Shown here: in pieces, positions 53,001-64,000 of the stretch
Numbering within the stretch: the stretch's first letter is position 1
Layout of the letters: each line of letters opens with the position of its first letter
Assembly: GCA_049724395.1 (NCBI GenBank)
Contig: JAUGWO010000010.1
Span: forward strand, 1-64,000
Direction of reading: 5' to 3'
Source of the DNA: Spongospora subterranea f. sp. subterranea
Lineage: Eukaryota
DNA: 64,000 bases
The notes under the pieces: generated by a model
Told to the model about the DNA's origin: nothing
The model's input: only the letters and a program-made list of their open reading frames with translations
The model's database searches: none
Made by a program: the position numbers and the translations under genes

Positions 53001-55038
53001 TTATCGAGGCTTGTTTGCTAATTTGATGACGTTTCCGATCTCACCGATCAACTTGATGCTCTTCCCTTTGTATAAGACTCCTAGTGCCTCTTCCGCCTGT
53101 TCTTTATACCAAACGGCATCAGATACCTTGTTAGATATCTGCCACAACAGATGAGAAGCAGTTCTGAAGAAAGAGAGAGATAGAAACAACCTGTGAAGCC
53201 AGTTCAGCAATGGTATCCCTAATCTCATCAGCTTTCGCTCGCAATCCAATTGACTTTTCTAAGCACTTTTGTTCAAGTAATCGCTGTACTTCGAAAGAAG
53301 AAACCTAGACGCTGCAATTGAATAGCCCGAACTTGCTCACCAAGTAGGTGATTTACGAGTCGGTCAAGGTATGAGGGGGATGATCGAATTTTCAGCAAGC
53401 GCTGGATGACTTCGTTATCCAGCAATGGCTGAAGAGAGCGAATATACTGAAGGGTATTCGTAGTCCATGAAAGATCGCGAGCATAGCATTGTAGAAAATT
53501 GCCTTCCACTGTTTCGGCGAAAACATCAAGGTGAGTCTAAATTGAAAAAACGTTAAAAGGTTACGTCCCGACATTAGCTAAACTGACATCATTCTCAAGT
53601 TCTGAGCACCTTTGCAGCAAAAAATGTTCAAGAAAAATTAACTCGGTCTTGACGGTAGCTCTGAACCTACCGTCCAGAAGAGATACGATATTTTTACCCA
53701 TCTCGGGTAACCCTTGCGTTTCAATATCAGTTTCTGCAGTAAAGTGGCCTTAAAGACTGTTGTCGCAATTAATGTGGGCGCATGTTACCTTGAGAAGCTT
53801 CTACTCCAGCTTCCACACAGCTGATATCCCAGTTGCCGTCTTCAGCTGGATTTCCTTCTCCCCAAGCGATTTCAACCATTCCTCCTTCCTGTAGTTAAAC
53901 GTTCACCATAGAAGTAACCAGGATACTGACGTCGGATTACGTCAATATGGGAATCTGCAGTCAATCCCATAGATAACGAAACGCTTTCAGCGGCAGTAAC
54001 AGGGGAGGTCATGTTCATCAACAATTTCAACGAAATAGTTCTATCTGCAGCAACTAAAAAACGCATCAACTCTTTTGAAGGTAATTGGACCTTTTGGTGT
54101 TGAATTGTTGGAACGCGTATCATCCGACGAGTTCAAAAATGCTTGAAATTCTGAAAAAAACTCAATGCATTCGTGAACGGTGGGCCTAAGTACTGTTCAG
54201 AAGAGTATATGTTGCTTCCCAAGTACTCGTGTTGACCTTTTGAGGGCGTTGAGAAACTCCTGGAAGTACGCTTGCAAGCGAAATACTTGCGATTGAAGTT
54301 GCGGTTTCGGAGGCAACGCCGGATCGATCTGAGAGTGATACTAAGAATTTGTTTCTATTACCAATTCAATGTAAATTGACTTCATAGTGTTGGCACAACT
54401 GCTCATATTTTGTTTTCGCAAGCTGTGCGTGCTTCTCTTTGTCATATGCATGACGATGATTATCTTCAACAGACTTCGATAATGTAGACACCTCTTTTTT
54501 CAACGAATAACTAAACAATAATTACCTTGATGATTGTGAATTATCGTACACTTACATATCATATTTTACAATTTGCACAAGTCGTTGACCAAACTCGGCC
54601 AACTTTAGCTGAGAGAGCAATTATGACTGATTATTGTCCAGTAAAATGAATTCTATACTGACGTTATTTTTTGTATACTGAGAGCGTAAATTATCCCAAA
54701 GGCGTGTTTGCTGATTATTGTGTCTTCCAAACAGCGAGAACACAGCGATGCCTTTCGCTGTATCGTCTGCCACTAATATTTTTACAATTTGTTCGCATTC
54801 TCGGTAGCCACAATCTAAGGTGAAAAAAAAATCAGATCGTGAAGGGTAATACGAAGAAAATTTACGAACAATCGGCTTGTTGAATCAATGATAACTCCGA
54901 AAGTGGTGGCAACTTTGTTAACTCTGATTCTGTACGAGAACGCAATGCCGCGATGCGATCGTTCCAGTTTTTTGGTATCACATTGCGTTCGGTAAGCCAT
55001 TGACATAATTTGTCGTATTGTATATCGAGGTGTTCCAT
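53001..55038 (-). CDS. CDK5RAP3: CDK5RAP3/C53-like protein, multi-exon
   Basis: LDIQYDKLCQWL.ER..IPKNW N-terminus, EISW/WDIS motifs, LKIRSSPSYLDRL, C-terminal YKGKSIKLIGEI. Confidence 0.85.
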
Positions 55039-56073
55039 GACAAAACACACCACGGTTATGGGAAATGTGAACGCAGGGAACGCTGCTGCAGCAAACCCAT
55101 ACTGGGAAGCGTCCCATGTTGCATACACAGCAGTGTACACGGTTCGTGAGCAGGTGTAGTGTGTACCGGTATTGCGCAGGGAGAGTGCAATGAGTATACA
55201 CAGAAATCCTGTGAGTGTTCTGCAACTGAAAAACTGATTCTTATTACGTGTGAATGGGCTGCTGAGATGATTTCGAGGAATGTCGTAGTCTGAGAACAAA
55301 AATAATGAGTTTTACGTGTTTAAGAGTCGTATGGCAACTATTGTTATAATTGCGCAATACTACGAGAGCTGCAAATGCAATGGGGGTAAATATATCACGA
55401 CACGAAAGAACGTTGAAGGCAGCATCTACAGAGCTTTCCATATCTGCTACAATATGGCGTTTGTACAATATGTGGTTATGTCCACGGTCAGTGTGACAGT
55501 CCTGCCCTTGTCGGGTCAATGGGTTCACGACCAGCTCTTGAGAATATCGGAAACCGACGGTGAAGCAGGTCGTCGTCGAATAAGCGGAAATCACAAGGCC
55601 GGTGCGACGAACGTCATGGTGGTAAAGGTCAGCATAACGAGCCATGCCTGCGCTTTTCACCCGGTAACTGAATCAAGTTGCCCGAACAATGCCCTGTCAA
55701 TATGGTTTTTTCATGTCGGCGTCGTATATCGACACGTCGAAGGGTTGACCCAAAGTTTATTTCCTTATCCCAAATGGCATGACAACGCCAAGTATCAACT
55801 TGCCACTGAAAATGGCGCCTTTATTTTGCCTGACACAATGTGGCTCATTCGGACAGAAATGGGTCAAGCTGATCAATCTTCTGACCACGACTTTTCTAAT
55901 ACATATGATTTTACACTGCCGCAATCGCCTGTCGTGAAAATCGCTCAAAACAGTGCACAGCCTGCTGGAGCGCGTTCGGCGATCCTCCAGCACTGGCGTA
56001 TGCCGCCAATTGCAAATCAACACAAGACCGTTAAAAGGGCAATATTTTGGCGTCGCGGTTGACTGCCCTGACG

Positions 56074-56181
56074 GAATATTCTTCAAAGTCACTAGTGGTA
56101 CCACATTACAATCTTTATATACGGATATGTTGTTCGACTGGGGTCAAGGAATATTCCACGATCTGAGTACCGACTATATAA
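56074..56181 (+). promoter_or_regulatory. Heat-shock promoter of HSP20 copy 4
   Basis: GAATATTC 56074-56081 and 56149-56156, TATATAA 56175-56181; near-copy of 174-281. Confidence 0.7.
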
Positions 56182-56264
56182 GGGAGAGAGACTGAACCAA
56201 TATATTCATTACAATAACAAACTAGCAATCAACACATCGTTTTCAGACCATCACTAGCAACATC

Positions 56265-56675
56265 ATGAGCCTATCACTATTCGACTTCCATCGCGATTTA
56301 GATCGTCAACTATTCGGCGGTGGACAAATGAAATCTGGTCCAACACCTCAGATGAAAATGGAGTTGAGAGAATATGACAAGAACTACCAAGTCTCTGTTG
56401 AGGTTCCGGGAATTCCCAAAGAAGAGATCAAGCTGAGCGTCGACGGTGGCGTTTTAACTGTTTCAGCAGAACACAAACAACAACGGTCCGGTAAAAACAA
56501 AGAAGAACAAATTCATTTCTCTGAGCGCTCATACGGATGTTCGTCTCGCTCGATCCGCCTTCCAAGGAATATTAGCGCTGAACAAATCGAGGCCGTATAC
56601 CAGAACGGGGTATTGACCATCGAAATACCCAAAATCGATCCAAAAGCGGCCTCAAATTTTATACAGATTAAATAG
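56265..56675 (+). CDS. Small heat-shock protein (HSP20), copy 4
   Basis: 136-aa close paralog of copy 1. Confidence 0.95.
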   Translation: MSLSLFDFHRDLDRQLFGGGQMKSGPTPQMKMELREYDKNYQVSVEVPGIPKEEIKLSVDGGVLTVSAEHKQQRSGKNKEEQIHFSERSYGCSSRSIRLPRNISAEQIEAVYQNGVLTIEIPKIDPKAASNFIQIK

Positions 56676-57084
56676 TCCAATAAACCAAATCGTTTTTACT
56701 CATTGAATTTTGGAGATCCACTCATGAACATTCTGTTTGGCGATCCCCGAATAATGTTAACAAGGTTCCGACTTACAATCTGCATTCTTGCTTTGAATCG
56801 CAAATATGCGTCATTCTCTGACGGTTGTTTAGGAATCAACAACAGATGAAGGAGACCAGTTTTTGAAACCAGATTGGCAGTTATAAAACCAAAATGCACA
56901 TAAAACGCGATTCAAACCACTGTCAATCATAAGACGAAAATATGATGAAACTGCCTACCATCAATTCGAATAAATAAATTTATCCCAGAAGAATACAATT
57001 TGAGGAGGATTTAAACAAGTCATTTTTATAACAGCTTCTGCCGGTGTTGGCAAGCCCTTTCAAATCAAACAAATCTATGACAAA

Positions 57085-57699
57085 AACGGAGTCCAGCAGC
57101 TGATTCTGAGATCAATAGGGTATCCACGTCGATAACGGATCAATGGTGCGCGTTGCGGGCAATCTGGGAAACCAGCACACCAGTAATGCTGAAATAACGT
57201 ACATGCTACACTGGCTCAGTGTCAAGGAGAACTTCGAACATCAGGCCCCATGTAATCGGGGAAAAAGGTCAAGAAAAGCAGCGGATATGTATCCCTGGCG
57301 AACGAGCAATCGAAGGACGCTAGGCGGATCTGGGATGCCCATAGCGCTAAAAGCCGGTACGCGTCTATTCTAAAAATGAATACCGGTTTCGGTATATGCG
57401 ATGATGAAAGAGATCGAGGAATTTCGACCATCTCGGAAAAACTGGAGCACCTTTGCTTCGGGTTTGCTCCTGCAACAATTCAGCTTGGCGTACCAGCTGA
57501 CCTTTTTCCCCAATTACATGGGGCCTGATGTTTTGCAGTTAATGAGACTGAAGTTCTCCTTGATACTGAGCCAGTGTAGCATGTACGTAATTTCAGCATT
57601 GCTGGTGTGCTGGTTTCCCAGATTGCCCGCAACGCGAACCATTGATCCGCTATCGACGTGAACACCCTCTTGAACTCAGAATCAGCTGCGGACTCCGTT
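57085..57699. mobile_element. Non-coding fold-back/MITE-like element with ~190-bp inverted arms
   Basis: 57085-57271 is the reverse complement of ~57498-57699 with few mismatches and one ~16-bp indel; no TSD identified. Confidence 0.7.
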
Positions 57700-58861
57700 A
57701 AACGACGTAAAACCCTTCCTGAAGTTTGACAACCCCCTCCGAATCTTTTGCCCAGGGTCCTTCTGGTGAAAAAACCAGACCGAATCTTTGGGATTGCAAA
57801 GATGCGGAGTTTTTTTAAACTTATTCCAAGTTCTTGTCAAGAAAACCATTTTTAAATAGATCAGAAATAATTCCAGTCTTCAAAAATTCTTGACTAGCAT
57901 TAAATAATTTTAAACCGCACCTCATCTCAGGTGTTCCTCAAAGCGTACTCTTATTATTTAGGGAGTAGGTATAAACTCGAATAGGGCAGTAAAGTTATCG
58001 AGTGTAAGAACGATTTTAATGGCGTAATTTTTGAAATTATGAAGGTCCGAGGAGGGAAACTTAAGGTTCGATACGAATACAACAACTAATTTTGCTGGGA
58101 ATTTTGAAATGACACACGGGATCACAGTGTATAAAGCGCACGGCAAATCATTTGATTTTCATCAAAACTGAATCCTTGATAAACCTGGGATACAGCGAAG
58201 CGCCCAATTAAATCGGGGTGGAAGAGATTTAATTTATCGCGAAGAGGTTGATACGATGCTTTCGCGAGCGTGCAAATTTGAGTATATCCAAATAAAAAAT
58301 TCGAGGGGAAAATAATTCCAAGTGTGTATGACGTTCCATTTTGCGGCAAAATTGAAAGGGCAGAAATTTTAAATTTACAAAATCGAAAGGGGAAAGATTG
58401 GTTATGTTTATCGCAATACAGGGGCAACAAGTGGTATATAGGACAAAACCATAGACCCTAAGAAAAGAGAACGGCAACATAAGATTAAGAGCACATTTTA
58501 TAAGGATATGGAGAACTCAATATTTGAGGTTAAATTCAATTGTTTAAAGCGAAATTTAAACAAATATGAGAAAATGGAGATTTATGGCTTATCAAAACTG
58601 ATATGTCTTGCCTAAAAAGCATCACAACACTTGTATTAATGAGTTGAAAAGTAGTACAGACGGAAAATGTTAAAAACAAGTTGAAAAACGCGGAAAAATA
58701 CAAGCTGAATATCTCGGTGGAATACGACAACTATTATTAATAAATGGAAATAAAGATTGACAATGTTATTGATGGTATTCGAAAAACTGGAAATCGCGAT
58801 CCTTTCGAAGAAGCAGTCAAATTTGTTAAAGAATTTCGGAAATTATAATGTGATGTTTTTT

Positions 58862-61108
58862 CGCGTCGAATCCGTGGACACCCCAAATTGGTCGGTGGAC
58901 ACCCCTGGTACGCATTTTCTTATAAATCACACAATTATACATTACCACTCAGGTCACAGCTCGTTATCTCGATGGAATCCTCTTCTCTTTTGTCAACGGT
59001 TGAGGAAACCTTCCAAGTCTTTAAAAGCCAGATGCACGCAGCAGGGTACAATATTAACAAACGTCGGTCCAAACGCAACAGCTCCGGTTCCATATACAAG
59101 GTATGGCTAGTCTGTCAGCACGGTCGATCCTGCTGCAACTCTCGGCCGCTTCTCGACAGCGATACGCGTATCAAATGTACGAGTACCAATAGAATGAACT
59201 GTCCCTGGTCTGCAATAATTCAAGCCAATAATGACCTTACCAAATGGTCGCTGAACTTGATCTGCGATGAACATAACCACCAGCCGGCCACTGAAAGTTC
59301 TACATTTTCCTCAGCTCGGACGTTGAATGATGAACAGAAAGCTTTGATAGGCGATATGAATCAAGCTGGTGCTCAGCCTAAAACGATCATTGCCGCTTTG
59401 CGTCAGCGATATCCTGGAATAGCCGTGATTTCTCAGGACGTCTACAATATTGTCAAGCGAATAAGGACATCAGAATTATCAGGAAGAAGCCCCATTGAGG
59501 CATTACTAGACCAGTTAATCACAGATAATGTATTGCATGCTTACCAATACGACGATCACCGTCGTATAACTCATCTCTTCTTCGCACCGTCTTCTTCGAT
59601 CAAACTGGCGAGACAATATCGCCATACCGTTCTCATTGATGCTACTTACAAAACCAATCGGTAAAATTTTACCTGCTTCTCCCGCTAAAACTCAACCGTT
59701 CTCTTTTCGGATGCCTTTACTGCACGTTGTCGGCGTCACTCCGGTTAACATGTCTTTTTCAATCTGTTTCGTGTTTATGAGAAGTGAAACCGAACAGGAT
59801 TATAAATGGGCCTTGCGACAACTTCGGAATGTATTTTGTCAAGACGCATTTCCAAACGTATACGTGACTGACCGGGAATTAGCACTAATCAATGCCATCA
59901 GGAGTGAACTCTCGTTTGCGAACCCGACCATATTGTTATGTATATGGCATATTCAGAAGAATGTACTAGCCAAGACGAAAAGGCATTTCGTGAACAACGA
60001 CACTTTCCAGCAGTTCTTGAGGGACTGGACAAACGTAATTTACTCAGTTGATCAAGCCGTCTTTCAAACAGAACTAACCAACCTAGAATTGGTCTGTCTT
60101 GGAGTATCCTGCTGCAGTGATCAGTTACCTCAAGGAAACATGGCTTCCTCATCAGGAGATGTTTATTATCGCTTGGACTAAACATTATCTGCATTTTGGG
60201 AACACTGCAACTTCTCGAGTTGAAGGTATGCACTCATCGCTGAAATCGTGGATCCGGGTATCCACCGGTGACCTCAAAAGTGTTTACAGCAAGATTTGTT
60301 TAGCAGTAGATCATCATCTCCACTCTATTTCCCAAAAAATCGAGTATGACAAATCCAATGCGCTGCTGACCCATCAAATCCCGTTTTGGGGGAATGTCAA
60401 CCGAGAGATTTCACAGTTTGCGCTGCGCAAAGCTCACAAGGAATATGAGAAGGCAAAAAAGCTATCTGGTGACGATCATTGCTCCAATGTTTTATTTCTG
60501 ACTATGGGAATTCCGTGTTCTCATATGATGAAAGAACTTATACGACAAAACTCTGTGCTAAACCCCCAAGATTTTCACTGTCATTGGCGACTGAGCATTC
60601 CTGTTGGAGTTTCTCTACAAGATAGTCCACAGACGTTTGCTCAAGCTCTGTCGGAACTGGATGCAACTTACCAATCGTTGCCACCTCATCGCCAGCGAGT
60701 TATACAGGAAGGCGTCAACGTTTTAACAAGCAGACGAAGAGATACCAACTTCATTCAAAATCCAGAACAAGTTACCGCTCGAGGACGACCTCAAGGGTCA
60801 GTCGCTCGGTTGGGTCCTGTATCTTCGACACGAAGAGATCCTTCTGGTTTCGAGAATGCAGAACGACGACAACGTGTTTGTGGTTTATGTGGCCGCTCTG
60901 GTCACAATCGCCGATCATGTAGTTCGATAGACTCACTACCAATAGGGGCGGTGTCGCTGTAAGTGATTGCCGAACAATTGTTAATTAAAGTAGGTACTGT
61001 TTCTGAATAAAGGCGTCTGGTACTGTAATGTATAAGTGTGTGATTTATAAGAAAATGCGTACCAGGGGTGTCCACCGACCAATTTGGGGTGTCCACGGAC
61101 CCGACGCC
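58862..61108 (+). mobile_element. Mutator-like element (MULE), near full length
   Basis: ~75-bp TIRs containing GTGGACACCCC repeats; imperfect 8-bp T-rich TSD (TGTTTTTT/TTTTTTTT); transposase inside. Confidence 0.9.
58972..60962 (+). pseudogene. MULE transposase (FAR1-like Zn domain, MULE DDE domain, C-terminal CCHC knuckle), interrupted
   Basis: C...NCPW...HNH, LIDATYKTNR, VTDRELALINAI, LCIWHIQKNV, TSRVEGMHSSLK and CGLCGRSGHNRRSC; frame breaks at ~59660 and ~60095. Confidence 0.88.
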
Positions 61109-61187
61109 TTTTTTTTTTGCAAAAATCACTTTTTGGTGAATTGGGAATTCTTGGGAAACGTAAAAATTGGGGTTTATAATAATTTTT

Positions 61188-62031
61188 CGCGTCCGGTCCG
61201 GTGGACACCCCAAAATTGGTCGGTGGACACCCCTGGTACGCATTTTCTTATAAATCACACAATTATACATTACCAGACGCCTTCATTCAGAAACAGTACT
61301 TCAATTAACAATTGTTCGGCAATCACTTACAGCGACACCGCCCCTATTGGTGTTGAGTCTATCGAACTACATGATCGGCGATTGTGACCAGAGCGGCCAC
61401 ATAAACCACAAACACGTTGTTGTCGTTCTGCATTCTCGAACCAGAAGGGTCTCTCCGTGTCGAAGATACAGGACCCAACCGAGCCACTGACCCTTGAGGT
61501 CGTCCTCGAGCGGTAACTTGTTCTGGATTTTGAATGAAGTTTGTATCTCGTCGTATGCTTGTTACAACGTTGACGCCTTCCTGTATAACTCGCTGGCGAT
61601 GAGGTGGTTCCGACAGAGCTTGAGCAAACGTCTGTGAACAATCTTGTAGAGAAACTCCAACAGGAATGCTCAGTCGCCAAATGACAGTGAAAATTTTGGG
61701 GGTTTAGCACAGAGTTTTGTCGTATAAGTTCTTTCATCATATGAAAACACAGGATTCCCATCGTCAGAAATAAAACATTGGAGCAATGATCGTCACCAGA
61801 TAGCTTTTTTGCCTTCTGTGCTGACAGACTAGCCATACCTTGTATATGGAACCGGGGCTGTTGCGTTTGGACCGACGTTTGTTGTACCCTGCTGCGTGCA
61901 TCTGGCTTTTAAAGTCTTGGAAGGTTTCCTCAACCGTTGACAAAAGAGAAGAGGATTCCATCGAGATAACAAGCTGTGATAACCTGAGTGGTGTCCACAC
62001 ACCAATTTGGGGTGTCCCCGGACCGGACGCG
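61188..62031 (-). mobile_element. Non-autonomous internal-deletion derivative of the adjacent MULE
   Basis: Ends CGCGTCCGGTCC...GGACCGGACGCG; perfect 8-bp TSD TAATTTTT (61180-61187 and 62032-62039); joins the transposase 5' part (to ~59122) to the 3' part (from ~60448). Confidence 0.92.
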
Positions 62032-62659
62032 TAATTTTTACGTTTTACGTTGTGTTTTTTATGGGTTGTAATAGCATTCAATTTACTAAATTGAATTTAG
62101 ATTAGCACTCACTCATATTTCTTCTTCGACATCTTTCTCGTCCTGAGTATCCTCCTTGATGACAAGAACTCTGTATAATGCAGGATTGGTAACCACGAAG
62201 GCAAGCCCTGTTAATCCTCTGGTAAACACGCGATCGAACGAATCATCTATTTCAGCCACAGTATCTCTGAGGAGCACTTTGGTATGGGCCACTACGTATC
62301 TGTTGGTGAAAGGACTATCACAGTAGTAATATGCTGAAATAATAGATGCTGTAGCTCTCCATGTGACAGTCACCTGTTGATGCAATACTGTCTTGATGAT
62401 AGCCTGGTTAGCAACTCTTGAGAATATGACCTCCCTGATTCTATTTCGTGTTTGGACGTCACGATGTTTAGATACCTTCACATTCAATATGTGAGTTACA
62501 TCACGACGATGCCGAATGTCGTTCTTAATGACGTTGAGCAGAAGGACTGGCGACCATTCATGTTTATCGATGCCATACCAAGCTTTCTCCGTTAGCTGTG
62601 TTGCCCCTCTTCTGTTTTGAAATGGTTAACTTGGCTCCTTCCGGGTTGCGATTAGAGGT

Positions 62660-64000
62660 GGCAACGCCTATTGGGCCTGTGTCACCATCACGAGAGATTC
62701 TCATTCCCAGTAGGAGTGTGGGACTCCCAACGTCCGTTATTTCAAATTCCGATGACAGCGAGCCAATCATTGTTTCACAAACTGTCTTGCAGTTGCATGC
62801 TATTAGTATATCATCAATGTGGATGGCCAAAATAGCCATTTTGTCCCCATCAGAGAAGGTGTAAACGCAAGGATCCGCCTTCGTCTGGACAAATTTCGAA
62901 GTCTTGGTTAAAAAGTCGTGCAATCGTTTGTTCCAAACCCGACCGGCTTGCTTTAGGCCATAGAGTGCTTTCACGAGCTTATACACAATATGATCCGTGC
63001 CAGGTTCACAAAACCCTTCCGGTTGTCTCATATACATTTCCTCATCCAAGACTCCATTCAAGAAGGCGCCCACAATGTCAATCTGGCGAAGGTAAAGCTG
63101 ATATTGAGCGGCGACTGCAAGGACTGTTCGAAAGGATTCCTCATGAGCAACAGGGGAGAAAGTTTCGTTGTAGTCCAGACCGGGTCTTTGTGAAAAGCCT
63201 TTCGCAACGAGACGAGCTTTGAATTTCAAAATCGTTCCATCAGGTCGAGTTTTACAGTAACACGAATTTACAATCAATTGCTTTTCGTCCTTTCGGCAGC
63301 TTGGATAGCTGAAATGTGCCAAATTTGTGCAATGTCTTCAGTTCTGTGTGTGCAGCGTCGAACCAGTATCGGCATATTCACTGGTCAGTGCCTCCCTGAA
63401 AAGAGCTGGGTATTGGGATAGGCGAGGCTGTCAAACCATCCAAAGGTGGTCGTGGGTATCGGTCTGCAAGTTCATTCTTGTCCAAGGATGACGAGGTCAG
63501 CGTTGCGATGGGAGTTTGCACAGTGAAACTTGGAGAGAATTTCTTTATTGGCGGTCTGGATCTGGTGGAGTGTCTGGTGTCACGTTCTTTGCGTTGCTCA
63601 GATTCAACTTCAGATATGGACTCGTTTGAATCGACACCAACCCCCGGTCTCCAAACGGTGGATTTGTCCTCTGCGAAAATGGCGTTTTCGGCTAGAAATG
63701 ACGCGACGAAGCTCCGGATTCCAGAGCTTGTACGCTTTTTGGTTATTTTGGTAGCCAACGAAGATTGCGCGGTGTGCTTCGAAACCCATCTTTTGACGAA
63801 GCTTTTTCGGAATCTGATACCAAGCGTCACAGCCAAATACTCGAAGGTGGGAAAAACTGGGTTTCTTGTTGTACCATCGTTCGTATGGAGTCATTCGGTT
63901 TGGAAGGGCGGCATGTGGTTTGCGAGTCAGAATTGAAATAGCACAACCGAAGGCAAAAACTCAGAATGCTAGTCCTAATTTCGCCTTGATGCGAATGCTT
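62660..64000 (-). mobile_element. Decayed Ty1/copia retrotransposon fragment (integrase end plus RT), running off the window
   Basis: TPYERWYNKKPSFSHLRVFGC, KFKARLVAKGFSQRPGLDYNETFSPV, QIDIVGAFLNG, LYGLKQAGRVW, HIDD; stops and frameshifts; RT truncated with no RNase H. Confidence 0.92.

Noticed and set aside
55316..56062. 248-aa ORF upstream of HSP20 copy 4
   Set aside because: No recognisable motif, and it lies between divergent promoters; it cannot be supported as a gene.
57700..58860. AT-rich tract with short ORFs
   Set aside because: No TIR, LTR or protein motif could be identified.
62540..62620. Chromodomain-like fragment next to the copia RT
   Set aside because: The resemblance (GESLVW / WYG...EWSP) needs overlapping codons from two frames and is too weak.

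Overview
This is gene-dense eukaryotic nuclear DNA with many short (~35-60 nt) spliceosomal introns. Centriole and axoneme genes (CEP120, POC1, CFAP74-like) point to a flagellated protist; a phytomyxid-like organism is plausible but cannot be proven here. The window holds four small heat-shock protein (HSP20) genes with GAAnnTTC/TATA promoters, a 3-kb 22-bp satellite and a 1.25-kb 70-bp satellite. Mobile DNA comprises a TA-flanked Tc1/mariner-IS630 element with an unusually long DD116E spacing, two Mutator-like elements arranged tail-to-tail, a decayed Ty1/copia element and two fold-back palindromes. A 2.3-kb tandem duplication covers a triple-HMG-box gene and the 3' half of an S9 peptidase gene. 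About 15 other genes are recognisable, including a BT1 transporter, WDR70, a trans-prenyl diphosphate synthase, a TPP1/Est3-like OB protein, SGT1, a TmcB/C-like PAS membrane protein, an MFS transporter, NAA30, OGG1 and CDK5RAP3. The most notable items are a membrane-anchored His-brace LPMO-like protein with two PSAP motifs in its tail, a 34-nt intron that copies the neighbouring exon, the DD116E transposon and the TPP1-like gene. Products were assigned by eye from motifs; multi-exon boundaries are approximate and some frameshifts may be sequencing errors.
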